Part shown: piece by piece, positions 9,159 to 23,172 of the stretch
How the letters are laid out: each line of letters starts with the position of its first letter
How positions within the stretch are numbered: the stretch's first letter is position 1
Assembly: GCA_964057225.1 (NCBI GenBank)
Contig: OZ059900.1
Span: forward strand, 16,678,001 to 16,742,000
Source: Auanema rhodensis
Lineage: Eukaryota; Animalia; Nematoda
Direction of reading: 5' to 3'
DNA: 64,000 bases
The notes under the pieces: generated by a model
The model's database searches: none
Told to the model about the DNA's origin: nothing
The model's input: the letters and a program-made list of their open reading frames with translations, nothing else
Translations under genes and position numbers: made by a program

Positions 9159-12100
9159 TTGATTAAATCGATTTTTGTTCATATGAGTCGTCAAATGCAA
9201 CGAATTTCAGCGTGTTACACACTAAAATGAAGCATTTCACATGCTGAACACTAGAAGAATACAAAAACACAGTATTTCCCATGAGAAATATTTTATCATG
9301 CTGGAAAACCAGTTTTTGGAAATTTCGCTGTAAACAAGGTTTTGACTTACGATTTCATGTGTTCAAACTCATGCAATGTCAATGAAACCTAGCTCAAAAT
9401 TGTTCGTACAACGTCTAGTTCCACTTTCACGACAAAAAAACGGGGGTTAGAAAATTAAGGAAATTAGCATATTCTGAGGGCACGCCCCTTATGGCTAATA
9501 TTGATTAAATCGATTTTTGTTCATATGAGTCGTCAAATGCAACGAATTTCAGCGTGTTACACACTAAAATGAAGCATTTCACATGCTGAACACTAGAAGA
9601 ATACAAAAACACAGTATTTCCCATGAGAAATATTTTATTATGCTGGAAAACCAGTTTGTGGAAATTTCGCTGTAAACAAGGTTTTGACTTACGATTTCAT
9701 GTGTTCAAACTCATGCAATGTCAATGAAACCTAGCTCAAAATTGTTCGTACAACGTCTAGTTCCACTTTCACGACAAAAAAACAGGGGTTAGAAAATTAA
9801 GGAAATTAGCATATTCTGAGGGCACGCCCCTTATGGCTAATATTGATTAAATCGATTTTTGTTCATATGAGTCGTCAAATGCAACGAATTTCAGCGTGTT
9901 ACATACTAAAATGAAGCATTTTACATGCTGAACACTAGAAAAATACAAAAACACAGTATTTCCCATGAGAAATATTTTATCATGCTGGAAAACCAGTTTT
10001 TGGAAATTTCGCTGTAAACAAGGTTTTGACTTACGATTTCATGTGTTCAAACTCATGCAATGTCAATGAAACCTAGCTCAAAATTGTTTGTACAACGTCT
10101 AGTTCCACTTTCACGACAAAAAAACAAGGGTTAGAAAATTAAGGAAATTAGCATATTCTGAGGGCACGCCCCTTATGGCTAATATTGATTAAATCGATTT
10201 TTGTTCATATGAGTCGTCAAATGCAACGAATTTCAGCGTGTTACATACTAAAATGAAGCATTTTACATGCTGAACACTAGAAAAATACAAAAACACAGTA
10301 TTTCCCATGAGAAATATTTTATTATGCTGGAAAACCAGTTTTTGGAAATTTCGCTGTAAACAAGGTTTTGACTTACGATTTCATGTGTTCAAACTCATGC
10401 AATGTCAATGAAACCTAGCTCAAAATTGTTTGTACAACGTCTAGTTCCACTTTCACGACAAAAAAACAGGGGTTAGAAAATTAAGGAAATTAGCATATTC
10501 TGAGGGCACGCCCCTTATGGCTAATATTGATTAAATCGATTTTTGTTCATATGAGTCGTCAAATGCAACGAATTTCAGCGTGTTACACACTAAAATGAAG
10601 CATTTCACATGCTGAACACTAGAAGAATACAAAAACACAGTATTTCCCATGAGAAATATTTTATTATGCTGGAAAACCAGTTTTTCGAAATTTCGCTGTA
10701 AACAAGGTTTTGACTTACGATTTCATGTGTTCAAACTCATGCAATGTCAATGAAACCTAGCTCAAAATTGTTCGTACAACGTCTAGTTCCACTTTCACGA
10801 CAAAAAAACAAGGGTTAGAAAATTAAGGAAATTAGCATATTCTGAGGGCACGCCCCTTATGGCTAATATTGATTAAATCGATTTTTGTTCATATGAGTCG
10901 TCAAATGCAACGAATTTCAGCGTGTTACATACTAAAATGAAGCATTTTACATGCTGAACACTAGAAAAATACAAAAACACAGTATTTCCCATGATAAATA
11001 TTTTATTATGCTGGAAAACCAGTTTTTGGAAATTTCGCTGTAAACAAGGTTTTGACTTACGATTTCATGTGTTCAAACTCATGCAATGTCAATGAAACCT
11101 AGCTCAAAATTGTTCGTACAACGTCTAGTTCCACTTTCACGACAAAAAAACAGGGGTTAGAAAATTAAGGAAATTAGCATATTCTGAGGGCACGCCCCTT
11201 ATGGCTAATATTGATTAAATCGATTTTTGTTCATATGAGTCGTCAAATGCAACGAATTTCAGCGTGTTACATACTAAAATGAAGCATTTTACATGCTGAA
11301 CACTAGAAGAATACAAAAACACAGTATTTCCCATGAGAAATATTTTATTATGCTGGAAAACCAGTTTGTGGAAATTTCGCTGTAAACAAGGTTTTGACTT
11401 ACGATTTCATGTGTTCAAACTCATGCAATGTCAATGAAACCTAGCTCAAAATTGTTCGTACAACGTCTAGTTCCACTTTCACGACAAAAAAACAGGGGTT
11501 AGAAAATTAAGGAAATTAGCATATTCTGAGGGCACGCCCCTTATGGCTAATATTGATTAAATCGATTTTTGTTCATATGAGTCGTCAAATGCAACGAATT
11601 TCAGCGTGTTACATACTAAAATGAAGCATTTTACATGCTGAACACTAGAAAAATACAAAAACACAGTATTTCCCATGAGAAATATTTTATCATGCTGGAA
11701 AACCAGTTTTTGGAAATTTCGCTGTAAACAAGGTTTTGACTTACGATTTCATGTGTTCAAACTCATGCAATGTCAATGAAACCTAGCTCAAAATTGTTTG
11801 TACAACGTCTAGTTCCACTTTCACGACAAAAAAACAAGGGTTAGAAAATTAAGGAAATTAGCATATTCTGAGGGCACGCCCCTTATGGCTAATATTGATT
11901 AAATCGATTTTTGTTCATATGAGTCGTCAAGTGCAACGAATTTCAGCGTGTTACATACTAAAATGAAGCATTTTACATGCTGAACACTAGAAAAATACAA
12001 AAACACAGTATTTCCCATGAGAAATATTTTATTATGCTGGAAAACCAGTTTTTGGAAATTTCGCTGTAAACAAGGTTTTGACTTACGATTTCATGTGTTC

Positions 12101-12920
12101 AAACTCATGCAATGTCAATGAAACCTAGCTCAAAATTGTTCGTACAACGTCTAGTTCCACTTTCACGACAAAAAAACAGGGGTTAGAAAATTAAGGAAAT
12201 TAGCATATTCTGAGGGCACGCCCCTTATGGCTAATATTGATTAAATCGATTTTTGTTCATATGAGTCGTCAAATGCAACGAATTTCAGCGTGTTACACAC
12301 TAAAATGAAGCATTTCACATGCTGAACACTAGAAGAATACAAAAACACAGTATTTCCCATGAGAAATATTTTATTATGCTGGAAAACCAGTTTTTCGAAA
12401 TTTCGCTGTAAACAAGGTTTTGACTTACGATTTCATGTGTTCAAACTCATGCAATGTCAATGAAACCTAGCTCAAAATTGTTCGTACAACGTCTAGTTCC
12501 ACTTTCACGACAAAAAAACAAGGGTTAGAAAATTAAGGAAATTAGCATATTCTGAGGGCACGCCCCTTATGGCTAATATTGATTAAATCGATTTTTGTTC
12601 ATATGAGTCGTCAAATGCAACGAATTTCAGCGTGTTACATACTAAAATGAAGCATTTTACATGCTGAACACTAGAAAAATACAAAAACACAGTATTTCCC
12701 ATGAGAAATGTTTTATTATGCTGGAAAACCAGTTTTTGGAAATTTCGCTGTAAACAAGGTTTTGACTTACGATTTCATGTGTTCAAACTCATGCAATGTC
12801 AATGAAACCTAGCTCAAAATTGTTCGTACAACGTCTAGTTCCACTTTCACGACAAAAAAACAGGGGTTAGAAAATTAAGGAAATTAGCATATTCTGAGGG
12901 CACGCCCCTTATGGCTAATA

Positions 12921-13259
12921 TTGATTAAATCGATTTTTGTTCATATGAGTCGTCAAATGCAACGAATTTCAGCGTGTTACATACAATGAAGCATTTCACA
13001 TGCTGAACACTAGAAAAATACAAAAACACAGTATTTCCCATGAGAAATATTTTATTATGCTGGAAAACCAGTTTTTGGAAATTTCGCTGTAAACAAGTTT
13101 TTGACTTACGATTTCATGTGTTCAAACTCATGCAATGTCAATGAAACCTAGCTCAAAATTGTTCCTACAACGTCTAGTTCCACTTTCACGACAAAAAAAC
13201 AGGGGTTAGAAAATTAAGGAAATTAGCATATTCTGAGGGCACGCCTCTTATGGCTAATA
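12921..13259 (+). repeat. Divergent monomer M39 (339 bp; 3-bp deletion plus private SNPs)
   Basis: ATAC|AATGAAG (TAA lost at about m65-67), CAAGTTTTT (G181T), GTTCCTAC (G248C), ACGCCTCTT (C329T), plus the shared T80C. Confidence 0.93.
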
Positions 13260-16200
13260 TTGATTAAATCGATTTTTGTTCATATGAGTCGTCAAATGCA
13301 ACGAATTTCAGCGTGTTACATACTAAAATGAAGCATTTTACATGCTGAACACTAGAAGAATACAAAAACACAGTATTTCCCATGAGAAATATTTTATTAT
13401 GCTGGAAAACCAGTTTGTGGAAATTTCGCTGTAAACAAGGTTTTGACTTACGATTTCATGTGTTCAAACTCATGCAATGTCAATGAAACCTAGCTCAAAA
13501 TTGTTCGTACAACGTCTAGTTCCACTTTCACGACAAAAAAACAGGGGTTAGAAAATTAAGGAAATTAGCATATTCTGAGGGCACGCCCCTTATGGCTAAT
13601 ATTGATTAAATCGATTTTTGTTCATATGAGTCGTCAAATGCAACGAATTTCAGCGTGTTACACACTAAAATGAAGCATTTCACATGCTGAACACTAGAAG
13701 AATACAAAAACACAGTATTTCCCATGAGAAATATTTTATTATGCTGGAAAACCAGTTTTTGGAAATTTCGCTGTAAACAAGGTTTTGACTTACGATTTCA
13801 TGTGTTCAAACTCATGCAATGTCAATGAAACCTAGCTCAAAATTGTTCGTACAACGTCTAGTTCCACTTTCACGACAAAAAAACAGGGGTTAGAAAATTA
13901 AGGAAATTAGCATATTCTGAGGGCACGCCCCTTATGGCTAATATTGATTAAATCGATTTTTGTTCATATGAGTCGTCAAATGCAACGAATTTCAGCGTGT
14001 TACACACTAAAATGAAGCATTTCACATGCTGAACACTAGAAGAATACAAAAACACAGTATTTCCCATGAGAAATATTTTATTATGCTGGAAAACCAGTTT
14101 TTCGAAATTTCGCTGTAAACAAGGTTTTGACTTACGATTTCATGTGTTCAAACTCATGCAATGTCAATGAAACCTAGCTCAAAATTGTTCGTACAACGTC
14201 TAGTTCCACTTTCACGACAAAAAAACAAGGGTTAGAAAATTAAGGAAATTAGCATATTCTGAGGGCACGCCCCTTATGGCTAATATTGATTAAATCGATT
14301 TTTGTTCATATGAGTCGTCAAATGCAACGAATTTCAGCGTGTTACATACTAAAATGAAGCATTTTACATGCTGAACACTAGAAAAATACAAAAACACAGT
14401 ATTTCCCATGAGAAATGTTTTATTATGCTGGAAAACCAGTTTTTGGAAATTTCGCTGTAAACAAGGTTTTGACTTACGATTTCATGTGTTCAAACTCATG
14501 CAATGTCAATGAAACCTAGCTCAAAATTGTTCGTACAACGTCTAGTTCCACTTTCACGACAAAAAAACAGGGGTTAGAAAATTAAGGAAATTAGCATATT
14601 CTGAGGGCACGCCCCTTATGGCTAATATTGATTAAATCGATTTTTGTTCATATGAGTCGTCAAATGCAACGAATTTCAGCGTGTTACATACTAAAATGAA
14701 GCATTTTACATGCTGAACACTAGAAGAATACAAAAACACAGTATTTCCCATGAGAAATATTTTATTATGCTGGAAAACCAGTTTGTGGAAATTTCGCTGT
14801 AAACAAGGTTTTGACTTACGATTTCATGTGTTCAAACTCATGCAATGTCAATGAAACCTAGCTCAAAATTGTTCGTACAACGTTTAGTTCCACTTTCACG
14901 ACAAAAAAACAGGGGTTAGAAAATTAAGGAAATTAGCATATTCTGAGGGCACGCCCCTTATGGCTAATATTGATTAAATCGATTTTTGTTCATATGAGTC
15001 GTCAAATGCAACGAATTTCAGCGTGTTACACACTAAAATGAAGCATTTCACATGCTGAACACTAGAAGAATACAAAAACACAGTATTTCCCATGAGAAAT
15101 ATTTTATTATGCTGGAAAACCAGTTTTTGGAAATTTCGCTGTAAACAAGGTTTTGACTTACGATTTCATGTGTTCAAACTCATGCAATGTCAATGAAACC
15201 TAGCTCAAAATTGTTCGTACAACGTCTAGTTCCACTTTCACGACAAAAAAACAGGGGTTAGAAAATTAAGGAAATTAGCATATTCTGAGGGCACGCCCCT
15301 TATGGCTAATATTGATTAAATCGATTTTTGTTCATATGAGTCGTCAAATGCAACGAATTTCAGCGTGTTACATACTAAAGTGAAGCATTTTACATGCTGA
15401 ACACTAGAAAAATACAAAAACACAGTATTTCCCATGAGAAATATTTTATCATGCTGGAAAACCAGTTTTTGGAAATTTCGCTGTAAACAAGGTTTTGACT
15501 TACGATTTCATGTGTTCAAACTCATGCAATGTCAATGAAACCTAGCTCAAAATTGTTTGTACAACGTCTAGTTCCACTTTCACGACAAAAAAACAAGGGT
15601 TAGAAAATTAAGGAAATTAGCATATTCTGAGGGCACGCCCCTTATGGCTAATATTGATTAAATCGATTTTTGTTCATATGAGTCGTCAAATGCAACGAAT
15701 TTCAGCGTGTTACATACTAAAATGAAGCATTTTACATGCTGAACACTAGAAAAATACAAAAACACAGTATTTCCCATGAGAAATATTTTATTATGCTGGA
15801 AAACCAGTTTTTGGAAATTTCGCTGTAAACAAGGTTTTGACTTACGATTTCATGTGTTCAAACTCATGCAATGTCAATGAAACCTAGCTCAAAATTGTTC
15901 GTACAACGTCTAGTTCCACTTTCACGACAAAAAAACAGGGGTTAGAAAATTAAGGAAATTAGCATATTCTGAGGGCACGCCCCTTATGGCTAATATTGAT
16001 TAAATCGATTTTTGTTCATATGAGTCGTCAAATGCAACGAATTTCAGCGTGTTACACACTAAAATGAAGCATTTCACATGCTGAACACTAGAAGAATACA
16101 AAAACACAGTATTTCCCATGAGAAATATTTTATTATGCTGGAAAACCAGTTTTTCGAAATTTCGCTGTAAACAAGGTTTTGACTTACGATTTCATGTGTT

Positions 16201-18047
16201 CAAACTCATGCAATGTCAATGAAACCTAGCTCAAAATTGTTCGTACAACGTCTAGTTCCACTTTCACGACAAAAAAACAAGGGTTAGAAAATTAAGGAAA
16301 TTAGCATATTCTGAGGGCACGCCCCTTATGGCTAATATTGATTAAATCGATTTTTGTTCATATGAGTCGTCAAATGCAACGAATTTCAGCGTGTTACATA
16401 CTAAAATGAAGCATTTTACATGCTGAACACTAGAAAAATACAAAAACACAGTATTTCCCATGAGAAATATTTTATTATGCTGGAAAACCAGTTTTTGGAA
16501 ATTTCGCTGTAAACAAGGTTTTGACTTACGATTTCATGTGTTCAAACTCATGCAATGTCAATGAAACCTAGCTCAAAATTGTTTGTACAACGTCTAGTTC
16601 CACTTTCACGACAAAAAAACAGGGGTTAGAAAATTAAGGAAATTAGCATATTCTGAGGGCACGCCCCTTATGGCTAATATTGATTAAATCGATTATTGTT
16701 CATATGAGTCGTCAAATGCAACGAATTTCAGCGTGTTACATACTAAAATGAAGCATTTTACATGCTGAACACTAGAAAAATACAAAAACACAGTATTTCC
16801 CATGAGAAATATTTTATTATGCTGGAAAACCAGTTTTTGGAAATTTCGCTGTAAACAAGGTTTTGACTTACGATTTCATGTGTTCAAACTCATGCAATGT
16901 CAATGAAACCTAGCTCAAAATTGTTCGTACAACGTCTAGTTCCACTTTCACGACAAAAAAACAGGGGTTAGAAAATTAAGGAAATTAGCATATTCTGAGG
17001 GCACGCCCCTTATGGCTAATATTGATTAAATCGATTTTTGTTCATATGAGTCGTCAAATGCAACGAATTTCAGCGTGTTACATACTAAAATGAAGCATTT
17101 TACATGCTGAACACTAGAAAAATACAAAAACACAGTATTTCCCATGAGAAATATTTTATTATGCTGGAAAACCAGTTTTTGGAAATTTCGCTGTAAACAA
17201 GGTTTTGACTTACGATTTCATGTGTTCAAACTCATGCAATGTCAATGAAACCTAGCTCAAAATTGTTCGTACAACGTCTAGTTCCACTTTCACGACAAAA
17301 AAACAGGGGTTAGAAAATTAAGGAAATTAGCATATTCTGAGGGCACGCCCCTTATGGCTAATATTGATTAAATCGATTTTTGTTCATATGAGTCGTCAAA
17401 TGCAACGAATTTCAGCGTGTTACATACTAAAATGAAGCATTTTACATGCTGAACACTAGAAGAATACAAAAACACAGTATTTCCCATGAGAAATATTTTA
17501 TCATGCTGGAAAACCAGTTTGTGGAAATTTCGCTGTAAACAAGGTTTTGACTTACGATTTCATGTGTTCAAACTCATGCAATGTCAATGAAACCTAGCTC
17601 AAAATTGTTCGTACAACGTCTAGTTCCACTTTCACGACAAAAAAACAGGGGTTAGAAAATTAAGGAAATTAGCATATTCTGAGGGCACGCCCCTTATGGC
17701 TAATATTGATTAAATCGATTTTTGTTCATATGAGTCGTCAAATGCAACGAATTTCAGCGTGTTACATACTAAAATGAAGCATTTTACATGCTGAACACTA
17801 GAAGAATACAAAAACACAGTATTTCCCATGAGAAATATTTTATTATGCTGGAAAACCAGTTTTTGGAAATTTCGCTGTAAACAAGGTTTTGACTTACGAT
17901 TTCATGTGTTCAAACTCATGCAATGTCAATGAAACCTAGCTCAAAATTGTTCGTACAACGTCTAGTTCCACTTTCACGACAAAAAAACAGGGGTTAGAAA
18001 ATTAAAGAAATTAGCATATTCTGAGGGCACGCCCCTTATGGCTAATA

Positions 18048-21000
18048 TTGATTAAATCGATTTTTGTTCATATGAGTCGTCAAATGCAACGAATTTCAGC
18101 GTGTTACATACTAAAATGAAGCATTTTACATGCTGAACACTAGAAAAATACAAAAACACAGTATTTCCCATGAGAAATATTTTATCATGCTGGAAAACCA
18201 GTTTTTGGAAATTTCGCTGTAAACAAGGTTTTGACTTACGATTTCATGTGTTCAAACTCATGCAATGTCAATGAAACCTAGCTCAAAATTGTTTGTACAA
18301 CGTCTAGTTCCACTTTCACGACAAAAAAACAAGGGTTAGAAAATTAAGGAAATTAGCATATTCTGAGGGCACGCCCCTTATGGCTAATATTGATTAAATC
18401 GATTTTTGTTCATATGAGTCGTCAAATGCAACGAATTTCAGCGTGTTACATACTAAAATGAAGCATTTTACATGCTGAACACTAGCAAAATACAAAAACA
18501 CAGTATTTCCCATGAGAAATATTTTATTATGCTGGAAAACCAGTTTTTGGAAATTTCGCTGTAAACAAGGTTTTGACTTACGATTTCATGTGTTCAAACT
18601 CATGCAATGTCAATGAAACCTAGCTCAAAATTGTTCGTACAACGTCTAGTTCCACTTTCACGACAAAAAAACAGGGGTTAGAAAATTAAGGAAATTAGCA
18701 TATTCTGAGGGCACGCCCCTTATGGCTAATATTGATTAAATCGATTTTTGTTCATATGAGTCGTCAAATGCAACGAATTTCAGCGTGTTACACACTAAAA
18801 TGAAGCATTTCACATGCTGAACACTAGAAGAATACAAAACACAGTATTTCCTATGAGAAATATTTTATTATGCTGGAAAACCAGTTTTTCGAAATTTCGC
18901 TGTAAACAAGGTTTTGACTTACGATTTCATGTGTTCAAACTCATGCAATGTCAATGAAACCTAGCTCAAAATTGTTCGTACAACGTCTAGTTCCACTTTC
19001 ACGACAAAAAAACAAGGGTTAGAAAATTAAGGAAATTAGCATATTCTGAGGGCACGCCCCTTATGGCTAATATTGATTAAATCGATTTTTGTTCATATGA
19101 GTCGTCAAATGCAACGAATTTCAGCGTGTTACATACTAAAATGAAGCATTTTACATGCTGAACACTAGAAAAATACAAAAACACAGTATTTCCCATGAGA
19201 AATATTTTATTATGCTGGAAAACCAGTTTTTGGAAATTTCGCTGTAAACAAGGTTTTGACTTACGATTTCATGTGTTCAAACTCATGCAATGTCAATGAA
19301 ACCTAGCTCAAAATTGTTCGTACAACGTCTAGTTCCACTTTCACGACAAAAAAACAGGGGTTAGAAAATTAAGGAAATTAGCATATTCTGAGGGCACGCC
19401 CCTTATGGCTAATATTGATTAAATCGATTTTTGTTCATATGAGTCGTCAAATGCAACGAATTTCAGCGTGTTACATACTAAAATGAAGCATTTTACATGC
19501 TGAACACTAGAAAAATACAAAAACACAGTATTTCCCATGAGAAATATTTTATCATGCTGGAAAACCAGTTTTTGGAAATTTCGCTGTAAACAAGGTTTTG
19601 ACTTACGATTTCATGTGTTCAAACTCATGCAATGTCAATGAAACCTAGCTCAAAATTGTTTGTACAACGTCTAGTTCCACTTTCACGACAAAAAAACAAG
19701 GGTTAGAAAATTAAGGAAATTAGCATATTCTGAGGGCACGCCCCTTATGGCTAATATTGATTAAATCGATTTTTGTTCATATGAGTCGTCAAATGCAACG
19801 AATTTCAGCGTGTTACATACTAAAATGAAGCATTTTACATGCTGAACACTAGAAAAATACAAAAACACAGTATTTCCCATGAGAAATATTTTATTATGCT
19901 GGAAAACCAGTTTTTGGAAATTTCGCTGTAAACAAGGTTTTGACTTACGATTTCATGTGTTCAAACTCATGCAATGTCAATGAAACCTAGCTCAAAATTG
20001 TTCGTACAACGTCTAGTTCCACTTTCACGACAAAAAAACAGGGGTTAGAAAATTAAGGAAATTAGCATATTCTGAGGGCACGCCCCTTATGGCTAATATT
20101 GATTAAATCGATTTTTGTTCATATGAGTCGTCAAATGCAACGAATTTCAGCGTGTTACACACTAAAATGAAGCATTTCACATGCTGAACACTAGAAGAAT
20201 ACAAAAACACAGTTTTTCCATGAGAAATATTTTATTATGCTGGAAAACCAGTTTTTCGAAATTTCGCTGTAAACAAGGTTTTGACTTACGATTTCATGTG
20301 TTCAAACTCATGCAATGTCAATGAAACCTAGCTCAAAATTGTTCGTACAACGTCTAGTTCCACTTTCACGACAAAAAAACAAGGGTTAGAAAATTAAGGA
20401 AATTAGCATATTCTGAGGGCACGCCCCTTATGGCTAATATTGATTAAATCGATTTTTGTTCATATGAGTCGTCAAATGCAACGAATTTCAGCGTGTTACA
20501 TACTAAAATGAAGCATTTTACATGCTGAACACTAGAAAAATACAAAAACACAGTATTTCCCATGAGAAATATTTTATCATGCTGGAAAACCAGTTTTTGG
20601 AAATTTCGCTGTAAACAAGGTTTTGACTTACGATTTCATGTGTTCAAACTCATGCAATGTCAATGAAACCTAGCTCAAAATTGTTTGTACAACGTCTAGT
20701 TCCACTTTCACGACAAAAAAACAAGGGTTAGAAAATTAAGGAAATTAGCATATTCTGAGGGCACGCCCCTTATGGCTAATATTGATTAAATCGATTTTTG
20801 TTCATATGAGTCGTCAAATGCAACGAATTTCAGCGTGTTACATACTAAAATGAAGCATTTTACATGCTGAACACTAGAAAAATACAAAAACACAGTATTT
20901 CCCATGAGAAATATTTTATTATGCTGGAAAACCAGTTTTTGGAAATTTCGCTGTAAACAAGGTTTTGACTTACGATTTCATGTGTTCAAACTCATGCAAT

Positions 21001-23172
21001 GTCAATGAAACCTAGCTCAAAATTGTTCGTACAACGTCTAGTTCCACTTTCACGACAAAAAAACAGGGGTTAGAAAATTAAGGAAATTAGCATATTCTGA
21101 GGGCACGCCCCTTATGGCTAATATTGATTAAATCGATTTTTGTTCATATGAGTCGTCAAATGCAACGAATTTCAGCGTGTTACACACTAAAATGAAGCAT
21201 TTCACATGCTGAACACTAGAAGAATACAAAACACAGTATTTCCTATGAGAAATATTTTATTATGCTGGAAAACCAGTTTTTCGAAATTTCGCTGTAAACA
21301 AGGTTTTGACTTACGATTTCATGTGTTCAAACTCATGCAATGTCAATGAAACCTAGCTCAAAATTGTTCGTACAACGTCTAGTTCCACTTTCACGACAAA
21401 AAAACAAGGGTTAGAAAATTAAGGAAATTAGCATATTCTGAGGGCACGCCCCTTATGGCTAATATTGATTAAATCGATTTTTGTTCATATGAGTCGTCAA
21501 ATGCAACGAATTTCAGCGTGTTACATACTAAAATGAAGCATTTCACATGCTGAACACTAGAAAAATACAAAAACACAGTATTTCCCATGAGAAATATTTT
21601 ATTATGCTGGAAAACCAGTTTTTGGAAATTTCGCTGTAAACAAGGTTTTGACTTACGATTTCATGTGTTCAAACTCATGCAATGTCAATGAAACCTAGCT
21701 CAAAATTGTTCGTACAACGTCTAGTTCCACTTTCACGACAAAAAAACAGGGGTTAGAAAATTAAGGAAATTAGCATATTCTGAGGGCACGCCCCTTATGG
21801 CTAATATTGATTAAATCGATTTTTGTTCATATGAGTCGTCAAATGCAACGAATTTCAGCGTGTTACATACTAAAATGAAGCATTTTACATGCTGAACACT
21901 AGAAAAATACAAAAACACAGTATTTCCCATGAGAAATATTTTATCATGCTGGAAAACCAGTTTTTGGAAATTTCGCTGTAAACAAGGTTTTGACTTACGA
22001 TTTCATGTGTTCAAACTCATGCAATGTCAATGAAACCTAGCTCAAAATTGTTTGTACAACGTCTAGTTCCACTTTCACGACAAAAAAACAAGGGTTAGAA
22101 AATTAAGGAAATTAGCATATTCTGAGGGCACGCCCCTTATGGCTAATATTGATTAAATCGATTTTTGTTCATATGAGTCGTCAAATGCAACGAATTTCAG
22201 CGTGTTACATACTAAAATGAAGCATTTTACATGCTGAACACTAGAAAAATACAAAAACACAGTATTTCCCATGAGAAATATTTTATTATGCTGGAAAACC
22301 AGTTTTTGGAAATTTCGCTGTAAACAAGGTTTTGACTTACGATTTCATGTGTTCAAACTCATGCAATGTCAATGAAACCTAGCTCAAAATTGTTCGTACA
22401 ACGTCTAGTTCCACTTTCACGACAAAAAAACAGGGGTTAGAAAATTAAGGAAATTAGCATATTCTGAGGGCACGCCCCTTATGGCTAATATTGATTAAAT
22501 CGATTTTTGTTCATATGAGTCGTCAAATGCAACGAATTTCAGCGTGTTACACACTAAAATGAAGCATTTCACATGCTGAACACTAGAAGAATACAAAAAC
22601 ACAGTTTTTCCATGAGAAATATTTTATTATGCTGGAAAACCAGTTTTTGGAAATTTCGCTGTAAACAAGGTTTTGACTTACGATTTCATGTGTTCAAACT
22701 CATGCAATGTCAATGAAACCTAGCTCAAAATTGTTCGTACAACGTCTAGTTCCACTTTCACGACAAAAAAACAGGGGTTAGAAAATTAAGGAAATTAGCA
22801 TATTCTGAGGGCACGCCCCTTATGGCTAATATTGATTAAATCGATTTTTGTTCATATGAGTCGTCAAATGCAACGAATTTCAGCGTGTTACACACTAAAA
22901 TGAAGCATTTCACATGCTGAACACTAGAAGAATACAAAAACACAGTTTTTCCATGAGAAATATTTTATTATGCTGGAAAACCAGTTTTTCGAAATTTCGC
23001 TGTAAACAAGGTTTTGACTTACGATTTCATGTGTTCAAACTCATGCAATGTCAATGAAACCTAGCTCAAAATTGTTCGTACAACGTCTAGTTCCACTTTC
23101 ACGACAAAAAAACAAGGGTTAGAAAATTAAGGAAATTAGCATATTCTGAGGGCACGCCCCTTATGGCTAATA
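18048..23172 (+). repeat. Tandem duplication of a 7-monomer block (M54-60 / M61-68)
   Basis: The rare 341-bp monomer type with ACAAAACAC..TTCCTATG occurs at 18732 and 21124; the 341-bp type with ACAGTTTTTCCATG occurs at 20099, 22491 and 22832. Intervening types are in the same order. Confidence 0.85.
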
